Notes under the pieces: model-generated | What the model was told of the DNA's origin: nothing | What the model saw: the letters and a program-made list of their open reading frames with translations, nothing else | Database searches by the model: none | Position numbers and translations under genes: made by a program | Shown: positions 39,967-49,700 of the stretch, in pieces | Numbering within the stretch: position 1 is the first letter of the stretch | Layout: the number at the start of each line of letters is the position of its first letter | From: Candidatus Cloacimonadales bacterium | GTDB lineage: Bacteria; Cloacimonadota; Cloacimonadia; Cloacimonadales; JAIOQZ01 | Reading direction: 5' to 3' | NCBI GenBank assembly: GCA_963662655.2 | Contig: CAXXTU010000002.1 | Coordinates: 2,816,001 to 2,880,000, forward strand | Length of the DNA: 64,000 nucleotides

Positions 39967-41903
39967 TGAAGAAAATCTTTCTATTCATCGCGATTGCCTT
40001 GCCTTTGATGATGCTCGCGCAGGACATCACGCCAATCGCCCAGATTCAGGAAAACATTAACCAATACAATGGCCATGAAGTCACCATAGAAGGTGTTGTA
40101 ACCATCGGTGCGGGACTTCTGTACGATACCCGCTTGCAGTGTTACCTTCAGGACGAGTCCGGTAAAGGTATCCAGGCTTTCGATTACGATATCACCAATG
40201 CCTACGAGCAGGCCTTCGTGCGCGGTAATCGCCTGCAAATCACCGGTACCATCGAAGAGTACAACGGCGTTACCGAAATCACCGACTTCGATTTCGAAAT
40301 CATGTCCACCGGAAACCTCATTCCCATGACAGACCTCACGGTCTCCGAGATGGGTAATTATCAAACCTGGGAAGGTTCCATGACATGGTTCTCCGGCGTT
40401 GTGACCGATTCGTACAGCGCGGGTGGCGGCTTGAACGTGACGCTCGAGAACACCTCCGGGGAAGAAATGCTCTATCGCCTCTGGGATTCATGTGACGTGG
40501 ATCCGGATATCGCGGTTGGCGATCAGCTTGTCGCAAAAGGTGTGATCAGCTCCTACAACGGATCGCCACAGCTTCTTCCGGCCTACCTGGAAGATTTCAC
40601 GCCGTTCTCATCTGTCATTCAGCCCAATCTTATCTTCTCGGAAGACGACATCACTGTGAAGGTTCGTGTGGAGTGGCCGGAAAACATCGCAACCATGGAG
40701 TTGCAATACGCTCTCCAGAGCGACATGGTATACCACACGCTGATTCTCGCGCCGATCGATGGCGTCGACCGGGGATACCAGGGAACGGTGCCTCCACTGA
40801 ATACGCTTACAGACGCATCCGACAATTATGTTTTCCGTTACGTTGGCAAGGACAGCGCTGGCTCGACACTCGTTACCGGCGATCCGATAGCGGTCGTAGT
40901 CTATACGGGCGTGCCGTTCATCGAAGGTGTGGAATTTTACTCGCAGTTTACCGAGACCTACAATTTCATCCAGTATCCCTTCAACGATGAAAGAATAACC
41001 ATCGTTGCGGAAGTGGTGGACGATCTGGGCGAAATCTCCGAAGTGGCCGTTCATTACGGTCTGAAGAGCCAGGCTTCCATGGATTCCGTGCTTATCCTCG
41101 AACCGGATGACGGCAACCTCTTCGAGGGCGATCTTCCCGCTATGACGGACATCACGGAGCTGGACGACGACTTCGTTTTCCAGGTCTGGGTTACGGACGA
41201 CGCGGATAACGTGATTCACTCGGAAGAGATCGAGATCGTGGTTGCTCCGCGAGCGCCAGTCGTATACGATATGGAATTCCTCAACGTCCCCCAGCCGGGT
41301 GAAGACCTGGAATTCGGCGTGAACATCTGGGATACGGACGGCGATCTTACCGAGCAGTTCATCCAGTATCAGCTCGATTACTCCTCGGACGGACATACCG
41401 CTCCGCTGGTTCGCGATACCACTTATTCCGATACCACGCGCTACATCGGCGTGATCCCGGGAAAATCCTCGGGAACGACCGTTTTTGCTCATGTTGTCGC
41501 TTACGATAACGACGGCTACTCGACATACAACATTCCCGGCTACGAAGAGATGGAAGTGGAGTACACCTATCCGGTGTTTTCGCACAAGGCGATCCTCAAG
41601 GTTCCGCCGCATCCGTTCAATCCTTACGCCGGTGAAACCCTTCCCATCGATTTCTATTCCAAACAGGGCGACAAGGTTCTGCTGAGAATCTACAGCTCCT
41701 CCGGAAAGCTGGTTCACACGGCCAAGAACTTCATCATCGACGACGAAAACGGCATCAACCGTTTCGAGTGGGACGGAAAGAACCGCTCCCGCAGTGTTCT
41801 TCCGTTGGGAATGTATATCTGTCACCTTGAAGTAACCGAAACCGACACCGGTAACAAGAAAACCGCGAAAGCGCCCATTGTAATCGGCGCACCGCTTAAA
41901 TAG
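39966..41903 (+). CDS. Secreted acidic protein with OB-fold-like N-terminal domains, Ig-like repeats and FlgD-like CTD
   Basis: Signal peptide, TPIAQIQ...VTIEGVVT, PHPFNP...WDGKN...GMYI. Confidence 0.7.
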   Translation: MKKIFLFIAIALPLMMLAQDITPIAQIQENINQYNGHEVTIEGVVTIGAGLLYDTRLQCYLQDESGKGIQAFDYDITNAYEQAFVRGNRLQITGTIEEYNGVTEITDFDFEIMSTGNLIPMTDLTVSEMGNYQTWEGSMTWFSGVVTDSYSAGGGLNVTLENTSGEEMLYRLWDSCDVDPDIAVGDQLVAKGVISSYNGSPQLLPAYLEDFTPFSSVIQPNLIFSEDDITVKVRVEWPENIATMELQYALQSDMVYHTLILAPIDGVDRGYQGTVPPLNTLTDASDNYVFRYVGKDSAGSTLVTGDPIAVVVYTGVPFIEGVEFYSQFTETYNFIQYPFNDERITIVAEVVDDLGEISEVAVHYGLKSQASMDSVLILEPDDGNLFEGDLPAMTDITELDDDFVFQVWVTDDADNVIHSEEIEIVVAPRAPVVYDMEFLNVPQPGEDLEFGVNIWDTDGDLTEQFIQYQLDYSSDGHTAPLVRDTTYSDTTRYIGVIPGKSSGTTVFAHVVAYDNDGYSTYNIPGYEEMEVEYTYPVFSHKAILKVPPHPFNPYAGETLPIDFYSKQGDKVLLRIYSSSGKLVHTAKNFIIDDENGINRFEWDGKNRSRSVLPLGMYICHLEVTETDTGNKKTAKAPIVIGAPLK

Positions 41904-41912
41904 GGGTTCGAT

Positions 41913-42785
41913 ATGAAGATCAAAAACGTCATTGGAATCATCATTTTAGCCATATCGATCATGCCGGCTCTTCACGGTATTTTCGACGAGTACGAACCCT
42001 CGGCAAGAGCTCGCGCCATGGGTGGAACCTACACCGCGCTCTCGGACGATGCGGACGGTATTTTCTACAATCCGGCCGGTTTGATGCTGGGAAGCAACCA
42101 GGTAAAAGCTGGTTATACCAAGGTTTTCGGTAACGATTTCCAGGTTCTCACGGTTGTCGATGCGTCTTGGGATCTGCCCAAGAGCTATGGCCGTATCGCA
42201 TTTGGATACACCGGAATGGATGTGGATTATCAGGACGTCAACATGATGTCCGAAAAGACCTTCATGCTGGGCCACTCCTTTACGCTGATGAAGGACGTCC
42301 ACTCTCAATTGCATGTGGGTTATACCGCCAACGCATACCACATCTCCATGGACGGTTTCAGCAACCGGACCACCTATGGTATCAACCTGGGCGCCACCGC
42401 CGTACTGCACACCAGAACACGCCTGGCGTTCGCCATCACGAACATCAACAACCCGCGTGTTGGTAAGGACGACGATTACGAGCTTCCGCAGGAGATGACC
42501 ATCGGTATCGCGTATGTTCCCTATACCGGCGTTATCACGACGCTCGATGTGAAAAAGACATTCAACGCGCCTTCCGATACCGGCGAGAGCACCACGGAAA
42601 TCCATGCGGGTGTCGAGGCAACGTTGTTCGAGATTATTTCTCTCAGAATGGGTGTGCAGGACGACCCGACCATGTACAGCGCAGGTGTGGGCATCAACGT
42701 TCACGGCGCAATGGTGGAATACGCATATCAGGTGCATAGCGTCCTCGACGACACACATCATTTCGGTATCGGCTTCAACTTCTAA
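41913..42785 (+). CDS. PorV/PorQ-like outer-membrane beta-barrel (T9SS shuttle family)
   Basis: SARARAMGG...A..DDA..IFYNPAGL plug motif; ends GIGFNF. Confidence 0.8.
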   Translation: MKIKNVIGIIILAISIMPALHGIFDEYEPSARARAMGGTYTALSDDADGIFYNPAGLMLGSNQVKAGYTKVFGNDFQVLTVVDASWDLPKSYGRIAFGYTGMDVDYQDVNMMSEKTFMLGHSFTLMKDVHSQLHVGYTANAYHISMDGFSNRTTYGINLGATAVLHTRTRLAFAITNINNPRVGKDDDYELPQEMTIGIAYVPYTGVITTLDVKKTFNAPSDTGESTTEIHAGVEATLFEIISLRMGVQDDPTMYSAGVGINVHGAMVEYAYQVHSVLDDTHHFGIGFNF

Positions 42786-42800
42786 AGGAGAGGGCAGCCT

Positions 42801-43106
42801 ATGAAAAAGAAAGACAAGAAAGGCACTGTGATCCCTGCTGCAAATAGCTGGGTGACGCAAATTGTCGCAATGGTTTTCGATCTCATCAAGCATGTGATCA
42901 AAGATTTCGAGATGAACCGCAATATCAAGAAGGCGACCGATGTGGCCGAGCAGTTTTCCACGGTGGAACACCTGATTCTCAAGGTGGAAACGAAGATCAG
43001 CGACAACCGGAAGGCAATCGAGGATTTGAAGAACCGTCTCCTGTGGAGCAATATCATCATCATTGCGCTACTGGTCACGGTCGTGATACAGGTTATTGCG
43101 AAGTAA
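42801..43106 (+). CDS. Hypothetical coiled-coil protein with C-terminal TM
   Basis: RBS, 101 aa, hydrophobic tail. Confidence 0.65.
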   Translation: MKKKDKKGTVIPAANSWVTQIVAMVFDLIKHVIKDFEMNRNIKKATDVAEQFSTVEHLILKVETKISDNRKAIEDLKNRLLWSNIIIIALLVTVVIQVIAK

Positions 43107-43131
43107 TTCGAACAACAATAGACTTTTACAT

Positions 43132-43165
43132 GGCGGTTCCACCACGGCGGAACCGCTTATTTTTT
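43132..43165 (+). terminator. Intrinsic terminator
   Basis: GCGGTTCC-loop-GGAACCGC followed by TTATTTTTT. Confidence 0.7.
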
Positions 43166-43181
43166 CCCAGAGGAACGAACG

Positions 43182-45881
43182 ATGAATCAGAAATTAATCC
43201 TTATCGATGGAACCGCCATCATCTACCGAACCTATTACGCCTTTATCAACCGGCCGCTCATCAACAGCAAGGGACTCAACACAAGCGCGATTTTCGGCAC
43301 TGTGAACACCTTCCTGAAGCTTCTGGATACGTTCGACACGGACAATGTCGTGATTTCTTTCGATCTCAAAGAGAAGACATTCCGTCACAAGCTGGACGAG
43401 AACTACAAGGCGAATCGCCCGGAGATGCCAGACGACCTGGTGAGCCAGATCCAACCCATTCGGGAATTTTTCGATATCATCGGGATCAAGACCTGCACGA
43501 AGGCGGGTTTCGAGGCTGACGACGTGCTGGCGACGCTCACCGAGAAGTGCCACGGCGATTACGATATTGTGCTGGTTACAGGGGATAAGGATTACGCCCA
43601 GTTGGTGGACGAAAACATCGTGATGTACGATCCATTCAAGGGAGAGACGTTGCGCCGTGAGGAGATTGAAGAGAAATACGGCGTTACGCCCGAGCAATTC
43701 GTGGATTTCCTGGCGCTTGTCGGCGATACAGCCGACAACATTCCAGGCGTGAAGGGTATCGGGAAGAAGGGCGCAGCCAAGCTGCTGGAAGATTATGGAA
43801 CGCTGGAAAATCTCTACGACCATCTGGATGATATCTCCTCGAAAAGTACGAAGAAGAAGCTGGAAGAGGACAGGGACAACGCGTTCCTTTCGCAGACCCT
43901 TGCACGCATGGTACGCGACATCGAGATGGATTTGAACGAGAAGGAATTCCGGTTCGATCGCGGTAATATCGACAAGGCCATCCCCTTTTTCCAGGAGTAC
44001 GAGCTCAAGTCCATCCTGAAAAAGGTGGCGGGACAGCAGGAGCTTGATTTGTTCGCGGAGGATGAAGAAGCATCGGAGACAAGCGGCGTTCACTTCGAGT
44101 CGATCCTGATCGACACGGAGGAAAAGCTGGAGAAAATGATTTCCGGGATACCATCCAAAGGCGTTGTCGCGATCGATACGGAGACAACCTCCACGGATCC
44201 GATGATGGCCGAGTTGGTGGGGGTATCGCTGTGCTGGGAAGAGGAGAAGGCGTACTATCTACCGTTCTCGCACAACATGTCGGATAACCTCGACTGGAAG
44301 AAATCTCAACCGAGGCTGAAAAAGGCGCTTTTCGGCTGCAAACTTGTGGGTCACAATATCAAATACGATCAGCATGTTTTGCGTCGTGCAGGGTGGTTTT
44401 TGGAGAATGTTTACTTCGATACGATGGTCGCGGCGTATGTTATTGCCTCCGGGGAAATGCGTTATTCGCTGGATACCTGCTCCAGGAGGGAACTCGATTT
44501 CGAGATGATACCGATCAGCGATTTGATCGGCAGCGGGAAGAACCAGACGACCTTCGACATGACGGATACGCACGATGCTTGCAGGTATGCCGCCGAGGAC
44601 GCCAATATCACGTTCAGGCTGTATCATGTATATAGTAAGCGTTTGGATGACATGGATATGGGAAGGCTCTTCTACGATATCGAGATGCCGCTGATCGACG
44701 TGCTCTCGAAGATGGAGGAGAACGGCGTTTTCATCGATGTGGAGATTCTCGACGAGATATCCCGAAAGACCCAGAAGCGTGTCGCGGAGCTGCAGAAGGA
44801 TATTTACGATGCGTGCGGCAAACCGTTCAATATCAACTCGACGAAACAGCTTGCGGAAGTGCTTTTCGGCGATCTTGGCATCAAGCCTGTGAAGAAGACG
44901 AAGACGGGACTTTCAACCGACAACAGTGTGCTCGAAGCGCTGGCGCAGGAGCATGAGATTGCCCGTCTCCTGATGGAATATCGTATGCTCACGAAGCTGG
45001 AAAATACCTACACAACAGCGCTCCCCAAGATGATCAATCCGCACACGGGAAGGATTCATTCGAGCTTCAATCAGACAGTCGCATCCACAGGACGGCTTTC
45101 AAGCAGCAATCCGAATTTGCAGAATATTCCCAGCAGGACAGACCTTGGGCGCGAGATACGCAAGGCGTTTGTTCCCGAGAAGAAAGATTACGTAATCCTC
45201 GCGGGTGATTATTCTCAGATCGAGTTAAGGCTTGCGGCGATCATGTCATGCGACGAGAATCTGATCAACGCGTTCCGCAACAAAGAGGATATCCATCGCC
45301 AAACGGCGGCGATTATCTTCGAGAAGGATCCGGCCGATGTAACGCAGGATGATCGCAAGAAGGCCAAGGTGATCAACTTCGGTATTCTTTACGGTATGGG
45401 CGCAACCAGGCTTTCGGGTGAACTGAATATCTCCCGGAGTGAGGCACAGGAGTTCATCGAGAACTATTTCGCCAAGTTTCCAACGATCAAGGCGTTCATC
45501 GACAATCAGATCCAGACTGCGCGAGACAGGGGATACTCCGAGACGATGCTGGGCAGACGGCTGGAGTTGCAGGGGTTGCGGAGCTCGAATCAACGTTTCC
45601 GCAGCGAAGCGGAGCGCGTGGCGATCAATATGCCGATTCAGGGAAGCGCTGCCGATATCATCAAACTCGCCATGATCGAGATCAATCGAAAACTGCCCGA
45701 GTTCAAGATGATCATTCAGGTACACGACGAACTGGTATTTGAGGTTGAGCGCAGTCAGGTGGAGGAAGCGACGAAGAGGATCAAAGATATCATGGAAAAT
45801 GCGCTGCCAGACAAGTACAAGGGGATTGTTCCGCTCGATGTTGAATTCAGCTATGGGGAGAACTGGCTGGAGGCGCATTAA
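43182..45881 (+). CDS. polA: DNA polymerase I
   Basis: LIDG, FEADD, DTETT 3'-5' exo, TGRLSSSNPNLQNIP, DYSQIELR, QVHDEL. Confidence 0.98.
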   Translation: MNQKLILIDGTAIIYRTYYAFINRPLINSKGLNTSAIFGTVNTFLKLLDTFDTDNVVISFDLKEKTFRHKLDENYKANRPEMPDDLVSQIQPIREFFDIIGIKTCTKAGFEADDVLATLTEKCHGDYDIVLVTGDKDYAQLVDENIVMYDPFKGETLRREEIEEKYGVTPEQFVDFLALVGDTADNIPGVKGIGKKGAAKLLEDYGTLENLYDHLDDISSKSTKKKLEEDRDNAFLSQTLARMVRDIEMDLNEKEFRFDRGNIDKAIPFFQEYELKSILKKVAGQQELDLFAEDEEASETSGVHFESILIDTEEKLEKMISGIPSKGVVAIDTETTSTDPMMAELVGVSLCWEEEKAYYLPFSHNMSDNLDWKKSQPRLKKALFGCKLVGHNIKYDQHVLRRAGWFLENVYFDTMVAAYVIASGEMRYSLDTCSRRELDFEMIPISDLIGSGKNQTTFDMTDTHDACRYAAEDANITFRLYHVYSKRLDDMDMGRLFYDIEMPLIDVLSKMEENGVFIDVEILDEISRKTQKRVAELQKDIYDACGKPFNINSTKQLAEVLFGDLGIKPVKKTKTGLSTDNSVLEALAQEHEIARLLMEYRMLTKLENTYTTALPKMINPHTGRIHSSFNQTVASTGRLSSSNPNLQNIPSRTDLGREIRKAFVPEKKDYVILAGDYSQIELRLAAIMSCDENLINAFRNKEDIHRQTAAIIFEKDPADVTQDDRKKAKVINFGILYGMGATRLSGELNISRSEAQEFIENYFAKFPTIKAFIDNQIQTARDRGYSETMLGRRLELQGLRSSNQRFRSEAERVAINMPIQGSAADIIKLAMIEINRKLPEFKMIIQVHDELVFEVERSQVEEATKRIKDIMENALPDKYKGIVPLDVEFSYGENWLEAH

Positions 45882-45902
45882 AGATTTCAGGTTATTGCTT
45901 AC

Positions 45903-46031
45903 CGGCGTGGCATCTTTGCCCGATCACCCTTTTCAACGGGGATATACCGCGCCTTGGAGACTACCGGACACGCGATAAAAAGGCGCGAAACACCCCGTTG
46001 AAAAGGGAGATCGAACAAATCTGCTCACGCC
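45903..46031 (+). repeat. Long structured hairpin element, copy D
   Basis: CGGCGTGGCATCTTTGCCCGATC...GGGGATATAC...GAAACACCCC...GATCGAACAAATCTGCTCACGCC. Confidence 0.9.
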
Positions 46032-46032
46032 T

Positions 46033-46565
46033 CTGGGTACCCCGTTGGGTTACCTTCTTTACGTCAACCTTCAGGGAAATTTGGAAAACAACGGTGTGTT
46101 TTCGATCAACCAGTTGCATTTCACCGGTGGAAACACGCAGTACATTGCCATGACGCAGTAAGTCACATCGACCTATATCTACAACGATAAATCTACGGGA
46201 GAAATTATTGCGCAATCCGATCTCTCTAACCAGAATAGCTCGTTCGATTTCAACAACCACAGAATGTATATGGACGCATACGACATCAGCATCCAGGGCG
46301 CAATGTACCTGAAGGAGATCGATCAGCTTCTTGACTTCAACAGCCTGACAATGACATCGTCGGGATACATTAAAACAGCAATATCTCGGAGGGTTCGCTG
46401 TATGGTGAGATAACCTTCTCCAACGGCGTCAATCTATATGACGATCTACACAACTACTGCACTATCCGAAATCAATCTGGAGACACCTACGCGGTTGATT
46501 TTCACTGTTTTTTTGTCAATTCAGGCACCGTCCAGAACAATCCGGTCGTTTACTTCACTGACTGA
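46033..46565 (+). pseudogene. Internal fragment of a decayed large secreted protein
   Basis: LLYVNLQGNLENNGVFSINQLHFTGGNTQYIAMTQ*VTSTY... then frameshift to ...LYGEITFSNGV...VNSGTVQNNP; no start or signal peptide. Confidence 0.55.
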
Positions 46566-46583
46566 GGATGGATCAGAATATAG

Positions 46584-46613
46584 TTGACAACCATCGTGTT
46601 TCAGAGGTATAAT
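46584..46613 (+). promoter_or_regulatory. Sigma70-type promoter of the kinase gene
   Basis: TTGACA-18 nt-TATAAT. Confidence 0.65.
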
Positions 46614-46781
46614 ATAGTAGTTTGAGAATACGTTACAACGGTTTCGTGAGTGGCGGAGCGTACTGAGAATCATTGTCATTCCCGTGAGATTGAATACTCA
46701 CGTAAGTTTCTTCGATAGATGAATCCCGCTGGTTGTCGCTTAGGATAGTAAGTGATTTATCACGAGGAAGGAACTATTTAA

Positions 46782-49700
46782 ATGGAAATATACAAAAGCG
46801 GTAAGTCAAAATGGAGACATCTGGTTTATCTACTTGGATTTGTTTTTGTTTTCCTGAGCATAACCCGGCTTGTTGCTGATACCGCTTCCAAAGTGGCTTT
46901 GACTATTGAAGAGAGAAGCTGGCTCGATCAGAATCCTGAGAAATTGATCCTCTGGTTCAACACGGATTTCCCTCCGATAGAGTTCGTTGACGAAACGGGG
47001 CATTTTTTGGGAATGGGAGCCGATGTTATCGCCTTGGTTGAACAGCAACTGGGCATAAGATTCATAAAACAGGCTTCCAGCAATTGGAATGAGCATCTTG
47101 CAGCGCTGAAAAGCGGTGAATGCGCGGTCGCCCCGGCGATCGTCGCGACGCCAGAACGGGAGAAATACGCTCAGTTTACCGCCCCATACGCGTCATCTTC
47201 ACTCGTCATCATTGCTGCAAATTCTGTAAACCACGAACTCAAGCTATCCCGTCTTGGAGGCCTTCGCATTGCGGTAGTATCTGGATTCGCATCGGAAGGA
47301 TACCTGCAAGAACATGCACAACAAGATTTCGACCTAATCCCCATGCCCGACGTGGCCCACGCTCTCAGGGCAACGTCATTTGGTCAGGTGGACGCCTATG
47401 TTGAAAACATGGCTGTGGCTGCCTATTTCATACAAAAAGAAGGCATCCCGAATTTGCGAGTTGCTGGTGAAACCCCCTATCGCTTTGCCTGGAGAATTGG
47501 AATTAGTCGCCAATATCCACTCCTGGCGAGCGCAATTGTAAAAGCAGTATCAGCGATTCCCGCCGAGAAGCTTGAGAACGCTCGCGGGAAATGGATCGCA
47601 TTCAACGGTCAACGCAGGCTGTCTCCTGAAACCGCACGATTGCTGATCCTGATCTTGATTTTTGTCGTTCTACTTGTGTTGGGTTTGCTGGTTATCAGTT
47701 TCATTCTCAAGAAACAACTCAAGGAGAAGATTGCGGGTCTGGAAGATGCCCGGAATAAAATTCTGGAGCAGACAGAGTTCATCCGCTTTGCCACTGAAAC
47801 CACACAAGCCGGATTCTGGGATGTTCAGTTGAAGGAAGGCGTGATCTTCTTCAGCAAGCAATGGTTCAATATGCTGGGGTATGACCAGGAAGGAGAGTTG
47901 CTCAAGCTTGAGAGTATCAGAGAGTTCGTTCATCCGGACGATCTCTCGAAAGTTACGAATCGCTTTGGAGAAAACGCAGTAACAGACAATCTAGGATTCT
48001 CAGAAGTTGAAATTCGTTTGAAAAAGGCTGACGGAAGCTGGTGTTGGATTTTATCAAAGGAGAAACCAGTCACCGTTGACGAGAACGGAGAAGCCTCTCG
48101 CATCATTGGGTTGGATATAAACATTCAAAAGTTAAAAGAAGCTCAGGAGGAAGTGAGACAAAGCGAGATGAAGTTCCGAACGATCTTTGATAGCGCTCCA
48201 TACGCGATCGTGATCAATGATTTCGAGACGGGATTGGTCGTGGAAGCAAATCAGGTGTTCATTTCAACCAATCACATCGAATCACTCGATGAGTTGCACC
48301 GGTTGCCAAGCAGGGGCTTGTCATCCATGGGTAAGACTGAAGCAGAAAGAGTAATGAAACAGTTGAGCGAGACCGGAAGAATCGATAGTTATGAGACAGA
48401 GACAATCCACAAGGATGGATCGCATCGCCAAATTGTTTTCTCCTCCTCGCTAATCGAATATGCTGGCAGAAAGCAAATAATCTCCATTATTCTTGACATC
48501 ACCGAACAGAAAAAAGCGGAAGATGAGCTGAGACTCAGTGAGGAGCGCTTCAAGGAGCTCTTTATCAGCGCGCCAATACCACTGGTCTTGCTGACAACCG
48601 ACGGCAAAATTGTCTCCCTGAATAATGCCATGATCCATACCTTCGGCTATCTGCTGGAAGACATACCGGATTTGGATCACTGGTGGTCGCATGCTTATCC
48701 TGATCCGGAATATCGAAATCAGGTAAGAACAGCCTGGGAGGGTCATGTTCGAAAGGCTATGGCGGATAATACTCCAGTAAAACCACAAGAATACCGTGTC
48801 GTTAGCAAGAATGGAAGAAGACTGCGGGTTCGTTTCAACACAAGCATTATGGGTGATCTGGTCATTATAAGCCTTTATGAGATAACGGACATCAGAGAAA
48901 AAGAGGCTGCGCTTCAGGAAACGATGGAAAGGCTGCGTGCCACGCTCAATGCCACCAGCGACGGCATCCTTGTTGTTGATACCGATATGAAAATTGTTCA
49001 GTCCAATCAGCAGTTCTATCAAATGTGGCACGTTCCTCCGGAATTGCAGGCAACGGACGACGATATGGCAATACGGCAATATGTGAAAGACCAGTTGGTC
49101 GATCCCTGGGACTTCTTCAATAAAACGGTTGAGTTATACGCCAGCCGAAGTCACGAGATGTTTGAGATTCTGTTCAAAGACGGTCGTGTCTTCGAGTGCA
49201 ACTCCGCGCAGATGTTTGTCGCTGGAGAAGTTACGGGACGTGTCTGGGACTTTCGGGACATCACCGAAAGGAAGAAGGCGGAAGATGCTATCAATTTCGA
49301 GCGGAAGAAACTGAAATCCATATTCAGCGCTATGAACGACGTGATTTTGATATGCGATGTACAGGGGAATCTAATCGAGATCGTTAAAACCAAAGCGGAC
49401 CTGATCCAAAAATCATTCGGGGATGTACATGGCAAAAACCCGTGGGATATCTTCCCGCATGACAAAGCCAGCGAATTGATGCGTGCCATGGAGAACTCCA
49501 TAACTTTGAACATTCCGGTCTCGCTTGATTTTTCTGTTCGTATCGGAGACCAGGCTTTCTGGTTTGCCGCCACAGTCTCTCCCATGCCTCCCGATCGAGT
49601 CGTCTGGGTAGCGCGTGATATAACCAGCCGAAGGCTGGCGGTTGAGCAGTTGGAACAATCCGAGGAAAGGTTCTCGAAAATCTTCGCCATGGCACCCAAT

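Noticed and set aside
25251..46031. 128-bp hairpins as CRISPR repeats, tRNAs, plain terminators or canonical attC sites
   Set aside because: Dispersed rather than arrayed, no cloverleaf, no U-tract, no GTTRRRY/RYYYAAC boxes, and no cas or intI gene in the window
46614..46781. Long kinase leader with CGTGAG...CTCACG hairpin as a riboswitch
   Set aside because: Single short stem with no recognisable conserved aptamer; cannot be supported without an Rfam search
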